Assembly (NCBI GenBank): GCA_020849475.1
Contig: JADLGE010000071.1
Location: 18,753 to 82,752, forward strand
Length of the DNA: 64,000 bases
From: Gammaproteobacteria bacterium
GTDB lineage: Bacteria > Pseudomonadota > Gammaproteobacteria > Ga0077536
Direction of reading: 5' to 3'
The position numbers and the translations under genes are program-made. Shown one piece after another: positions 46,975-56,408 of this stretch; positions within the stretch are counted from its first letter, which is position 1, and each line of letters begins with the position of its first letter. Under the pieces are notes generated by a model. It was not told the DNA's origin and searched no databases. It saw nothing but the letters and a program-made list of their open reading frames with translations.

Positions 46975-47931
46975 TTAACTCTGTTCGTGCAATCGACTGA
47001 GAATGCGATCCGCGCCGGCGGCCAGCAGTGCCTGGCCCAATGCATCACCGATGCTGAGGGCGTCGGCGGCCGGGCCGCTGGCAGTTTGCCGCACGATATC
47101 GTCGCCGTCGACCGTGGCGACCAAACCGCGCAAAGTCACATGACCGTCACTGAGTTCGGCATGGCCCGCCACCGGCACCGTGCAACTGCCGCCCAGGCGC
47201 GCATTCATGGCGCGCTCGGCGCGCACGCAGCAGGCGGTGGTTTCATCATGCAGCGGCGCCAGCAGGGTTTCGATGTCGACATCACCGCGACGACATTCGA
47301 TACCGATGGCGCCCTGGCCCACGGCCGGCAACATTTGTGCGGCATCGAGCGTGCACGCGGTGTCGCCATACAGGCCCAGCCGTTTCAGACCGGCGGCGGC
47401 GAGCACGATGGCATCGTAATCACCATTGTGCAGACGACCGAGTCGCGTCGGCACGTTGCCACGCAAATCGAGTAATTGCAGATCGGGTCGCAGCGACAGG
47501 ATCTGGCTGCGACGGCGCAGACTGGAGGTGCCGACCCGACAGCCTTGCGGTAGTGCAGCGAGGGTTTGCGCATTGGCACTCAACAACACATCACGCGGGT
47601 CTTCACGGCGCAGGATGGCGGCGATATGTAGTTCGTCAGGTAATTCGAAGGGTACGTCCTTCATCGAATGCACGGCGAGATCGGCACGCCCCTCCAGCAT
47701 CGCCACTTCGAGCTCCTTGATGAACAGACCCTTGCCGCCGATCAGCGCAAGCGGTCTGTCGAGGCTGCGGTCGCCGGCGGTGGTCATGGGCACGAGCTCG
47801 GTGACCAGTCCCGGCCATGCGGCTTGCAAGGCGGCGGCGACGTGTCGGCTCTGCCACAGCGCCAGTTCGCTGGCGCGCGTGGCGATACGCACGATGGCGC
47901 GGGGCAGGCGCGGAGTATCGGTGCGGCTCAT
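46975..47931 (-). CDS. hemC: Hydroxymethylbilane synthase (porphobilinogen deaminase)
   Basis: Start at internal ATG (MSRTDTPRLPRAIVRIATRASELALWQ...); dipyrromethane cofactor Cys region. Confidence 0.92.
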   Translation of the reverse strand: MSRTDTPRLPRAIVRIATRASELALWQSRHVAAALQAAWPGLVTELVPMTTAGDRSLDRPLALIGGKGLFIKELEVAMLEGRADLAVHSMKDVPFELPDELHIAAILRREDPRDVLLSANAQTLAALPQGCRVGTSSLRRRSQILSLRPDLQLLDLRGNVPTRLGRLHNGDYDAIVLAAAGLKRLGLYGDTACTLDAAQMLPAVGQGAIGIECRRGDVDIETLLAPLHDETTACCVRAERAMNARLGGSCTVPVAGHAELSDGHVTLRGLVATVDGDDIVRQTASGPAADALSIGDALGQALLAAGADRILSRLHEQS

Positions 47932-48124
47932 GGTGTGGGACGGTGCTCGAGTGCGGGCTGTGGCCGGCAATCCTAACGAGCGCGCCAGCGAAAAACTACT
48001 GCGTACAAGCCGCGGCGCGGTAGCGGCCACGCAATACCCTGCAAGGAGCCGGGCGTGGCCACCGGAGCGGCCGGCCGGGTGTGATAAGGTGTGGTCTTCC
48101 GTTACGTCAATAGAGGGTGTTCGC

Positions 48125-49090
48125 ATGTCACGGCGTCTTGGCGTCATCATGGATCCGATAGACGCTATCAAACCCAAGAAAGACACCACGCTGGCCTTGC
48201 TGCTGGCCGCGGCCCGGCATGGCTATGAGCTTCATTACATGGAGATGTCGGACTTGAGTCTGCGCGATGGTCGCGCCTGCGCGCGCACGCGACCGCTGTC
48301 GGTCTATAACGACCTGCATCACTGGTTCGACTTCAGCGGTCCGCAAAGCGAAGTGGCAACGCCGCTGGCCGAGCTCGACGTAGTGTTGATGCGCAAGGAC
48401 CCGCCTTTCGACATGGAGTTCGTGTTCGCGACCTACATGCTCGAGCGCGCACAGGCCGAAGGCGCGCTGGTGGTAAACGACCCGCGCTCGATACGCGATG
48501 CCAGTGAAAAACTCTTTACCGCGTGGTTCGCCGACGTGTGCCCGCCGACCCTGGTGACGCGCAACATGGATGAGCTGCGCGCCTTTCAGCGCGAGCACGG
48601 CGATATCGTCGTCAAGCCATTGGACGGCATGGGCGGCGCCTCGGTGTTCCGCGTGCGTCCCGACGACGGCAATGCCAGCGTGATCTTCGAAACCATCACC
48701 GAACTCGAGCAGCGCTACTGCATGGCGCAGCGCTACCTGCCGGCGATTCTCGAAGGCGACAAGCGCATCCTGGTGGTGGACGGCGAGCCGCTGCCTTACG
48801 CGCTGGCGCGCATCCCGGCCAGCGGCGAACTGCGCGGCAATCTCGCCGCCGGCGGACGCGGCGTGCCGCAGCCCTTGTCGGCCTCGGATCGCGCCATCGC
48901 CGAACGCGTCGCGCCGGAATTGAAAAAGCGCGGGCTGATTTTCGTCGGTCTCGATGTGATCGGCGATCGCCTCACGGAAATCAACGTCACCAGCCCGACC
49001 TGCGCGCGCGAAATCGAAGCGGTGTATGACATCGACGTTGGCGGCCTGCTCATGAACGCCATCGACAGCCGCTTGCGCGCGCGCGGCTGA
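48125..49090 (+). CDS. gshB: Glutathione synthetase
   Basis: Start ATG 48125 after AGAGGGTG; prokaryotic GSH synthetase N-terminal and ATP-grasp domains. Confidence 0.92.
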   Translation: MSRRLGVIMDPIDAIKPKKDTTLALLLAAARHGYELHYMEMSDLSLRDGRACARTRPLSVYNDLHHWFDFSGPQSEVATPLAELDVVLMRKDPPFDMEFVFATYMLERAQAEGALVVNDPRSIRDASEKLFTAWFADVCPPTLVTRNMDELRAFQREHGDIVVKPLDGMGGASVFRVRPDDGNASVIFETITELEQRYCMAQRYLPAILEGDKRILVVDGEPLPYALARIPASGELRGNLAAGGRGVPQPLSASDRAIAERVAPELKKRGLIFVGLDVIGDRLTEINVTSPTCAREIEAVYDIDVGGLLMNAIDSRLRARG

Positions 49091-49130
49091 ACCGCGCGAC
49101 GAGGACGCTTCCACGCATCGCCCGAGCGAC

Positions 49131-50030
49131 ATGAGCGAGGCGCTTTTCGAGCCGCCAGGCCGCACCGACGACCGGCTGCTGCTGACCATCGTGATCGCGG
49201 CCGCGGTGCATGTGATGGTGGTGCTGGGCGTGCGTCTGCCGCCCGAAGCGCCGGTCAAGTCGCGCTTCTCGGCGATGGAAGTCGAGCTGGTGCCGGCCGC
49301 GCCGCCGAGCGCGACCAGCGCCGCACTCACAGCGGCCAGCGATGGCGCCGAGGAACCGCCGCTGCTGCCCATGGCGCCGGTCGAGAAGCCGGCGGTCAAG
49401 GCCGCGCCCATGCCGACCATTGCAGAGGAGAAACCCACGCCTGCGCCGATGGCCACGGTCGCGTCCAAGCCCACACCCACGCCGAAGAGCCGTAGCACCT
49501 CGCCACCGCCCGCGGCCGTCGCGCCCACGGCCGTCGAGCGCGCGCCGCACGCCGAGCCGGCCAGCGACACCGCACCGGCCCTGCCGCTGCCGACGGCCTC
49601 GCAATTGATTGCACGCTCACTCGCCATCGCCGCCACCGGCGCCGGCCTCATTGAAGACAGGACCATCAGCGGTCAGTCCGTCAGCGAGCGCACGCTCTAT
49701 ATCAAGAACAACACCCGCGACCTGACCGAGATGGCCTATGCCGAAGGGGTGCGCAACCGCGCCAAGCGTTTCGGCGAGCTGTTCGAACGCGATGTGCCCA
49801 GCGGCCGCGTCGGCCTCGACGTGGCGGTGGCCAGCGACGGCAGCCTGGCCAAGGTCGTCATCACCAAGTCATCGGGTATCGAGGCGACCGACGCCAAGGC
49901 CATTCGCATCATCGAAAAGGCCGCGCCTTTCGGCGCGCTGCCGCCCGAGATGGCCAGGAAATACGATGTCGCGCACATCGAATTCACCATGAGCATCGTC
50001 GACGACCAGGGCTTCAACGGTGGTCAGTAA
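49131..50030 (+). CDS. TonB family energy transducer
   Basis: N-terminal TM, Pro/Ala-rich spacer, C-terminal TonB domain. Confidence 0.8.
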   Translation: MSEALFEPPGRTDDRLLLTIVIAAAVHVMVVLGVRLPPEAPVKSRFSAMEVELVPAAPPSATSAALTAASDGAEEPPLLPMAPVEKPAVKAAPMPTIAEEKPTPAPMATVASKPTPTPKSRSTSPPPAAVAPTAVERAPHAEPASDTAPALPLPTASQLIARSLAIAATGAGLIEDRTISGQSVSERTLYIKNNTRDLTEMAYAEGVRNRAKRFGELFERDVPSGRVGLDVAVASDGSLAKVVITKSSGIEATDAKAIRIIEKAAPFGALPPEMARKYDVAHIEFTMSIVDDQGFNGGQ

Positions 50031-51024
50031 CGTGCGCGCGCTGCGCCAGGCCACGCGCCCCGGCGACATCAACAGCGACGATCGCCTGGCGCTGACCATC
50101 GTGGTGGCCATCGTGCTGCATGCGATGGTGCTGCTGGGCGTGAGCTTCGCCCCCGAGCCCAATGCGCCGTCGCGCTTCGAATCGATGGAAGTGATCCTGG
50201 TCGCGGAAAAATCCGCCAAGGCGCCCAAGCACGCCAAGCTGCTGTCGCAGGCCAACCTCGAAGGCGGCGGCGACAGCGACGACGATGTGCGGCCGAGCGC
50301 GCCGGTCAAGGCGCCCCTGCCGGCGCCAACCGCGGCGGTGGCGAGTCCGCCGCCACCGCCGGCCCATGCACAGCCGGCGCCACCGGTGGAGCAACCCGCG
50401 CCAGCGCCGGCCCGCGAAGGCCAGCGGCAGGTCAAGGATCACGTGGCGCGGGTCGCCGAACACGGCGAGCTACCGTTGCCGAACAAGAGCGCGACGCGCC
50501 CGACGCAGGTCAGGCCCGAGGCGCCGCCCGAGCCTCAGCCTGAAGCGCAGCCGGTGGTCGACAACGAGCCCTTGCCCGACGGCGCCCAGCAGCTGGTGCA
50601 TTCCTTCGCCATCGCCAACCTGTCGGCCGAGATCCAGGAAAAGCTCGAAAGCCGCGCCAAGCGGCCGCGACGCAAATACGTGTCGGCCACCACCCAGGAA
50701 TACCGCTATGCCGCCTACATGGAAGCGTGGCGCGCCAAGGTCGAGCGCATCGGCAACATCAATTATCCGGAGGAAGCGCGCCGTCGACGCCTGTCCGGCA
50801 CGGTGATGCTGGACGTGGCGGTCAACCGCGATGGCAGCGTCGGCGAGATCAGTGTGCGCAAATCGTCCGGCATCACACTGCTGGACGATGCCGCCGTGCG
50901 CAGCGTGCACCTCGCCGCGCCCTATGATCCGCTGCCGCCGGAGATCCGTAAGGAAGTCGACGAGCTGCACGTGACCCGCACCTGGAAGTTCTTCGACACG
51001 AGTGCGGTGCAGGTCTCGCGCTGA
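50020..51024 (+). CDS. TonB family energy transducer (tandem paralog)
   Basis: GTG overlapping upstream stop; same architecture with (PEPQ) Pro-rich spacer and TonB C-terminal domain. Confidence 0.8.
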   Translation: MVSNVRALRQATRPGDINSDDRLALTIVVAIVLHAMVLLGVSFAPEPNAPSRFESMEVILVAEKSAKAPKHAKLLSQANLEGGGDSDDDVRPSAPVKAPLPAPTAAVASPPPPPAHAQPAPPVEQPAPAPAREGQRQVKDHVARVAEHGELPLPNKSATRPTQVRPEAPPEPQPEAQPVVDNEPLPDGAQQLVHSFAIANLSAEIQEKLESRAKRPRRKYVSATTQEYRYAAYMEAWRAKVERIGNINYPEEARRRRLSGTVMLDVAVNRDGSVGEISVRKSSGITLLDDAAVRSVHLAAPYDPLPPEIRKEVDELHVTRTWKFFDTSAVQVSR

Positions 51025-51086
51025 GGCCGGCTGTCGGCTTGTAAGCGTCGCGCGCGGCGTGAATAATTTCGAGACCAGCGTTAACC

Positions 51087-51647
51087 ATGCAGCACTTCAA
51101 CCTCACCGACCATTTCCTGATCGCCATGCCGCAGATGGCCGATCCGAACTTCGTGCGCTCGGTGACCTACATCTGCGCGCACAACGAGGACGGCGCCATG
51201 GGCATCGTCATCAATCGTCCGCTCGACATGGCGCTCGGCGAAGTGTTGATGCAGATGGAACTCGCGGCCAGCCAGCCCGCCATTGCCGAACGGCCGGTCT
51301 ATCTCGGCGGCCCCGTGCATACCGACCGCGGCTTCGTGCTGCACCGGCCGGCGCAGAGCTGGAACTCGACCATCGCCGTCACGGCGGAAGTGGCGGTCTC
51401 GACCTCACGCGACATTCTCGAAGCCATCGCCCGCGGCCAGGGGCCGGACGATGCGCTGGTGGCGCTCGGCTATGCCGGCTGGGGCGCCGGCCAGTTGGAA
51501 AGCGAGATGGCGCAGAACGCCTGGCTGTCGGGCCCGGCCGATCTCGACATCGTGTTCAAGACCCCGGCCGAACTGCGCTGGCAACGCGCGGCCGCGCGCT
51601 TAGGCGTAGATCTCGCCTCGATTTCCCACGACGTCGGCCACGCTTGA
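51087..51647 (+). CDS. yqgE: YqgE/AlgH family protein
   Basis: 186 aa; conserved YqgE motifs (HFLIAMP, GGPV). Confidence 0.88.
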   Translation: MQHFNLTDHFLIAMPQMADPNFVRSVTYICAHNEDGAMGIVINRPLDMALGEVLMQMELAASQPAIAERPVYLGGPVHTDRGFVLHRPAQSWNSTIAVTAEVAVSTSRDILEAIARGQGPDDALVALGYAGWGAGQLESEMAQNAWLSGPADLDIVFKTPAELRWQRAAARLGVDLASISHDVGHA

Positions 51648-52039
51648 GCACCGTCACCGCGCTTGGTTTCGACTATGGCGAGCGCCGCATCGGCGTGGCG
51701 GTAGGCCAGAGCCAGACGCGCAGCGCGCAGGCGCTCGTGACTCTCACGGTGCGCAATGGCCAGGTAGACTGGCCGGCCATCGCCAGGCTCATCGACGAGT
51801 GGCGGCCGCAGCAACTGGTGGTCGGCCTGCCCGGCAATGACGACGGTTCGCCGCACGCCAACGCCGAGGCCATCGCGCGCTTCGGGCGCCGCCTCCACGG
51901 CCGCTTCCACCTGCCGGTCGCGTTTGTCGATGAACGCCTGTCGTCGTATGCTGCCAGCGAGGATCCGGATACCCGGCGCGTTGGTCTCGACGCGGTGGCG
52001 GCACGGCTGATACTCGAAACTTGGCTGGCCGGGTGCTGA
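51644..52039 (+). CDS. ruvX: Putative pre-16S rRNA nuclease / Holliday junction resolvase-like RuvX (YqgF)
   Basis: TTG 51644 overlapping yqgE stop gives LSTVTALGFDYGERRIGVAVG, the canonical YqgF N-terminus; 131 aa. Confidence 0.85.
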   Translation: MSTVTALGFDYGERRIGVAVGQSQTRSAQALVTLTVRNGQVDWPAIARLIDEWRPQQLVVGLPGNDDGSPHANAEAIARFGRRLHGRFHLPVAFVDERLSSYAASEDPDTRRVGLDAVAARLILETWLAGC

Positions 52040-52135
52040 CGAGCATCCTCGACACCAGCGCCGCCGCCAGGCGTCGCGCGCCAGCACATTCCACTTTTAG
52101 TCCCTGGACGCGGCGCCGGCCGCCACGCTGAACCC

Positions 52136-52651
52136 ATGCACGAACTCGAACAACTCGACGTCGATACCCTGATCGCGGACATCGCCGCGCGTCTGAAAAA
52201 ACGTATCGCGGAGCAGAATCTCTCCAATCCGGCGCTGGTCGGCATACGCACCGGCGGTGTGTGGCTGGCGCAGCGCCTGCAGAAGAAATTGAAACTGGCG
52301 GGCCCTATCGGCGAATTGAACATCGCCTTCTATCGCGATGACTTCAGCCGCATCGGCATGCATCCGACCGTCGAGCCGTCGGCGCTGCCTTTCGATGTCA
52401 ACGACCGGCACCTGCTGCTGGTCGACGACATCCTCTACACCGGCCGCACCATACGCGCGGCCATGAACGAGATTTTTGACTACGGCCGGCCGCGTTCAAT
52501 CAGCCTGGTGGTGCTGATCGACCGCGGCGGGCGTGAACTGCCCATCGATGCCAGCGTCTATGGCGCGCGCGTCACCCTCGCCCCGGGTCAGCATGTTAAA
52601 CTTCTCGGACCCGATCCCCTGCGACTCGAAATTGGCGCGACCAAGTCATGA
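52136..52651 (+). CDS. pyrR: Bifunctional pyrimidine operon regulator / uracil phosphoribosyltransferase
   Basis: 171 aa; PRPP-binding LLLVDDILYTGRT motif. Confidence 0.92.
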   Translation: MHELEQLDVDTLIADIAARLKKRIAEQNLSNPALVGIRTGGVWLAQRLQKKLKLAGPIGELNIAFYRDDFSRIGMHPTVEPSALPFDVNDRHLLLVDDILYTGRTIRAAMNEIFDYGRPRSISLVVLIDRGGRELPIDASVYGARVTLAPGQHVKLLGPDPLRLEIGATKS

Positions 52652-52706
52652 CCAGCGAAGGCGGCCGCTTGTCCGGCGCATATAAGTTCGAAAAGGCCGG
52701 CAGCTG

Positions 52707-53675
52707 ATGGCGCAGGACAGCATCCAACTCGACAGCCAGGGGCGCCTGAAGCACTTCCTGACCACCGAGCATCTGCCTCGCAGCCTGCTCACCGCCATCC
52801 TCGACAATGCCGAACGCTTCACCGTGGTCGGCGACAGGGCGGTCAAGAAAGTGCCTTTGCTGCGCGGCAAGACCGTCGTCAACCTGTTCTTCGAGCCGAG
52901 CACGCGCACCCGCACGACTTTCGAACTGGCGGCCAAGCGCCTGTCGGCCGACGTCATGAATCTCAACATCGAGGCCAGCGCCGCCAAGAAGGGCGAGTCG
53001 CTGGCCGACACCCTGCGCACCCTCGAAGCGATGCAGACCGACATGTTCGTGGTGCGTCATCATGAATCGGGCGCGCCGGAATTCATCGCGCGCCAGGTCG
53101 GACCCGAGGTCAGCGTCATCAATGCCGGCGACGGTCGCCATGCGCACCCGACCCAGGCCATGCTCGACATGTTCACCATCCGCCGCTACAAGCGCGATTT
53201 CACCCAGTTGAAAGTGGCCATCGTCGGCGATGTCGCCCATTCGCGCGTGGCACGCTCCGAAATCCATGCATTGAAGACCCTCGGCGTGCCGGAGATTCGC
53301 GTGGTCGGGCCCAAGACCCTGCTGCCGCGCGGCATCGAGGCGCTGGGCGTCGACGTGCATCATTCCCTCGAGACCGGTCTCGCAGGCGTCGACGTGGTGA
53401 TGATGCTGCGCCTGCAACAGGAGCGCATGCAGAGTGCCTTGCTGCCTAGCGGCCATGAATACTTCCACACCTTTGGCCTGACGCCGGCGCGTTTGAAGCG
53501 CGCCAAGCCCGACGCCATCGTCATGCACCCCGGCCCCATCAACCGCGGCGTCGAAATCGATTCGGCGGTGGCGGACGGCAAGCAGTCGGTGATCCTGCAG
53601 CAAGTCACCCACGGCATCGCGGTGCGCATGGCGGTGATGTCGATGGCGATGGGCACCGCCGCCCAGGCCTCATGA
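52707..53675 (+). CDS. pyrB: Aspartate carbamoyltransferase catalytic subunit
   Basis: STRTR carbamoyl-phosphate motif, HPTQ, HPGP motifs. Confidence 0.93.
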   Translation: MAQDSIQLDSQGRLKHFLTTEHLPRSLLTAILDNAERFTVVGDRAVKKVPLLRGKTVVNLFFEPSTRTRTTFELAAKRLSADVMNLNIEASAAKKGESLADTLRTLEAMQTDMFVVRHHESGAPEFIARQVGPEVSVINAGDGRHAHPTQAMLDMFTIRRYKRDFTQLKVAIVGDVAHSRVARSEIHALKTLGVPEIRVVGPKTLLPRGIEALGVDVHHSLETGLAGVDVVMMLRLQQERMQSALLPSGHEYFHTFGLTPARLKRAKPDAIVMHPGPINRGVEIDSAVADGKQSVILQQVTHGIAVRMAVMSMAMGTAAQAS

Positions 53676-53685
53676 AATTCCAAGC

Positions 53686-54966
53686 ATGAAGATTACGATC
53701 AGTGGCGGTCGGGTCATCGACCCGGTCAACCAGCGCGACGAAGTCGTCGATGTGTTCATCGACGGCGACACCATCATCGGCCTCGGCCGCACGCCCGCCG
53801 GCTTCAAGCCGGCACGCGTCATCGACGCGACGGGCGCCATCGTGTGCCCGGGCTTCACCGAAGTCGGCGCGCGCCTGCGCGAACCTGGCGCCGAGCACAA
53901 AGCCACCATCGTCAGCGAACTCGAAGCAGCAGCAGCATCCGGCTTCACCACCGTGTGCTGCATGCCCGACACCAATCCGGTCATCGACACGCCGGCGGTG
54001 GTGGAACTCGTCAACCAGCGCGCGCGCGGCGTGCGCGGCGCGCGGGTCCGTTGCATCGGCGCCTTGACCCAGGATCTCGGCGGCTCGGTGCTGGCCGAAA
54101 TGGCGGCGCTGAAGGACATCGGCTGCGTGGGCGTGGCCAACGCCGGCCATGCGCTGCGCGACAGCAATGTCTTGAAGAACGCCCTCGCCTATGCGGCGAC
54201 GCTCGACATGACGGTGTTCCTCGATGCCGAAGACCCGTGGTTGGCGGCGCAGGGCTGTATGCACGAGGGCGCGGTCAGCACCCGTCTCGGCCTGCCCGGC
54301 ATTCCGGCCGCGGCCGAACTCATCGGCCTCGGGCGCGACCTGGTGCTGCTCGAAGACAGCGGCGCACGCGCCCACTTCCGCACTCTGACCTGTGGCCGCT
54401 CCATCAAGTACGTCAACAACGCACGCAAGACCGGCCTCGAGGTCAGCGCCAGCGTCGGCATCTCACACCTCGTGTTGACCGACGAAGACATCACGCGCTT
54501 CGACGGCCTGTTTCATGTGCGCCCGCCGCTGCGCACGCGGCGCGATCGCGCGCGCCTCATCCGCGGGCTCGCCGAGGGCCAGGTCGAAGTGCTGTCGGCC
54601 CATCATGAACCCCATGACGCCGACGCCAAGGCCGGCCCCTTCGGCGCCACCGCGCCCGGCATCTCGACCTTCGACAGCTTTCTGCCGTCCATGCTGCAGC
54701 TGGTCGAAGCCGGCCATCTCGATCTCATGCGCGCCATCGATGCCGCGGCCGTGCAGCCGGCACGGGTGATTGGCAACGCGTCGGCCAGCCTCGGCGTCGA
54801 CGCGCTGGCCGACATCTGCATCTTTTCGCCGGGCGAGCTCTGGACCTTGAGCGCCGACACCATGATGAGCAGCGGCAAGAACACGCCTCTGCTCGGGCGC
54901 AGCATGAAAGGCCGCGTGCTGGCGACCCTGGTCGGCGGTCGCATCGTCTTCGAACGGAAGGCCTGA
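53686..54966 (+). CDS. pyrC': Dihydroorotase-like protein, probably non-catalytic (PyrC')
   Basis: DHOase fold, but the N-terminal metal-binding HxH position reads PGFTEVGARLREPG (no His pair). Confidence 0.85.
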   Translation: MKITISGGRVIDPVNQRDEVVDVFIDGDTIIGLGRTPAGFKPARVIDATGAIVCPGFTEVGARLREPGAEHKATIVSELEAAAASGFTTVCCMPDTNPVIDTPAVVELVNQRARGVRGARVRCIGALTQDLGGSVLAEMAALKDIGCVGVANAGHALRDSNVLKNALAYAATLDMTVFLDAEDPWLAAQGCMHEGAVSTRLGLPGIPAAAELIGLGRDLVLLEDSGARAHFRTLTCGRSIKYVNNARKTGLEVSASVGISHLVLTDEDITRFDGLFHVRPPLRTRRDRARLIRGLAEGQVEVLSAHHEPHDADAKAGPFGATAPGISTFDSFLPSMLQLVEAGHLDLMRAIDAAAVQPARVIGNASASLGVDALADICIFSPGELWTLSADTMMSSGKNTPLLGRSMKGRVLATLVGGRIVFERKA

Positions 54967-54967
54967 G

Positions 54968-55858
54968 ATGGGTGACGCGGCCAATATCGCCCGTCCGCAC
55001 CGCGGCACGATAGGGCTCACCGACGCGAAGATAATCGCCGTCGAACACTTCGAAGGGGCGCAGCATTATCTGCGTCTCGACTGTCCTGGCATCGCCGCGC
55101 GCGCCCTGCCCGGCAGCTTCGTGCATCTTAAATGCGACAACGAACTGCCGATGCGGCGGCCAATGTCGGTGATGCGGGTATCGGCCCAGGACGGCTGGCT
55201 GGACGTTCTCTACAAGGCCCACGGCCACGGCAGCGGTCTGCTCGCGACACGCGTGGTCGGTGAGACTTTGAGCGTGATGGGCCCCATCGGCCAGCCGTTC
55301 AAATTGCGCGACTACCGGCCGCGCCCCCTGCTGATTGGGGGCGGCGTCGGCATGCCGCCGATGCTGTTCCTGGCCGAACATCTGCGCGCCACCGCGAAGC
55401 AGGTGCAGCCCTTGGTGCTGCTCGGCTCCGAAGTGCCGTTCCCATTCAGCGCACGCCCCTCGACCATCATGGTGCCCGGCGTGCCGCCTCAGGTGATCGC
55501 GGCCATGCCGCTGCTGGAGGACTGGCATATTGCCTCACGGCTCGCGAGCCTCGCTGGTTTTGCCGGCTGCTTTGAGGGTTATGTGACGGATCTCGCGCGT
55601 GAGTGGCTGACTACCAGCGGCGTGGCGCGTGATGACGTCGAGATCTTCGCCTGCGGTCCGACGCCCATGCTGCGCGCCGTGCAGCGACTCGCGGCAGAGC
55701 TCGCGCTGCCCTGTCAGATCTCGCTCGAGGAATACATGGCCTGCGCGGTCGGCGGCTGCGCCGGCTGCACAGTCAAGGTCGAGACCGCCAACGGGCCGGC
55801 CATGAAGCGCGTGTGCGTGGACGGACCGGTGTTCGAAGCGTCGACAGTCGTAATTTGA
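54968..55858 (+). CDS. PyrK-like FAD/NAD(P)-binding oxidoreductase with C-terminal 2Fe-2S cluster
   Basis: FNR-like module (RRPMSV, GGGVGMPP) plus C-terminal CxxxxCxxC...C (CAVGGCAGC...C). Confidence 0.72.
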   Translation: MGDAANIARPHRGTIGLTDAKIIAVEHFEGAQHYLRLDCPGIAARALPGSFVHLKCDNELPMRRPMSVMRVSAQDGWLDVLYKAHGHGSGLLATRVVGETLSVMGPIGQPFKLRDYRPRPLLIGGGVGMPPMLFLAEHLRATAKQVQPLVLLGSEVPFPFSARPSTIMVPGVPPQVIAAMPLLEDWHIASRLASLAGFAGCFEGYVTDLAREWLTTSGVARDDVEIFACGPTPMLRAVQRLAAELALPCQISLEEYMACAVGGCAGCTVKVETANGPAMKRVCVDGPVFEASTVVI

Positions 55859-55891
55859 AGGGCTGCTGGCCTGAAACATCCACGCGCGCCT

Positions 55892-56024
55892 TTGAATGCC
55901 AGGCTGAAGCCTGCCCCACAAAGCGCCCTCGTCGACTGTTGAAACCCATTGTGGGTCAGACTTCAGTCTGACATTCGCATTGATTGGCGCGCCTGCGAAT
56001 GTGCGAATGAATTCGCACCTACAA
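55892..56024. repeat. REP-like composite element (unit A x2 plus unit B aatgtgcgaatgaattcgcacct)
   Basis: ttgaatgccaggctgaagcctgcccca ... tgtgggtcagacttcagtctgacattc ... gtgcgaatgaattcgcac. Confidence 0.85.
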
Positions 56025-56408
56025 ATTCTTCAGCCCCTTCGCCACCAGCGCCTGTTCAATCTGTTCGCGCTCGAAGCCTAAGAAGGTTTCGCCGCGCAGC
56101 ATGAGGATCGGCACCACCTTGTGCGCCTGCTCGGCAAAGCGACGCCTGCCCTCGCTGTCGGTCTCGACGTCGTACTCGCAATACTTGACGTTCTCGCCCG
56201 TGAGATAGCGCCGCGCCTGGCGGCAATAGCCGCACCAGGACGCGCTCAGCATCACCAGCGTGTCAGTGTCGGGGGTGAGTTCGTGACCGCAGCGTATCGG
56301 TGCTGGCGAGCGATTACTTACCATCTGAATCATGGCCCACAGGCCTATCACCACGACCAGCGCATAGGTCGGCAGGTTGTTGCGCGATGCTTTGCCAGGC
56401 TCAGCCAC
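56019..56408 (-). CDS. Membrane-anchored glutaredoxin-like (thioredoxin-fold) protein
   Basis: GTG start overlapping ATL stop; TM helix LPTYALVVVIGLWAMIQMV then SWCGYCRQA redox motif; alternative ATG starts at 56336/56327. Confidence 0.6.
   Translation of the reverse strand: MAEPGKASRNNLPTYALVVVIGLWAMIQMVSNRSPAPIRCGHELTPDTDTLVMLSASWCGYCRQARRYLTGENVKYCEYDVETDSEGRRRFAEQAHKVVPILMLRGETFLGFEREQIEQALVAKGLKNL

Noticed and set aside
47426-48124. 5' extension of the gshB ORF (554-aa ORF in track)
   Set aside because: The upstream part is antisense to hemC and lacks GshB homology. The true start is the ATG at 48125, preceded by an RBS.
48128-49666. 512-aa minus-strand ORF
   Set aside because: It is antisense to gshB and tonB.
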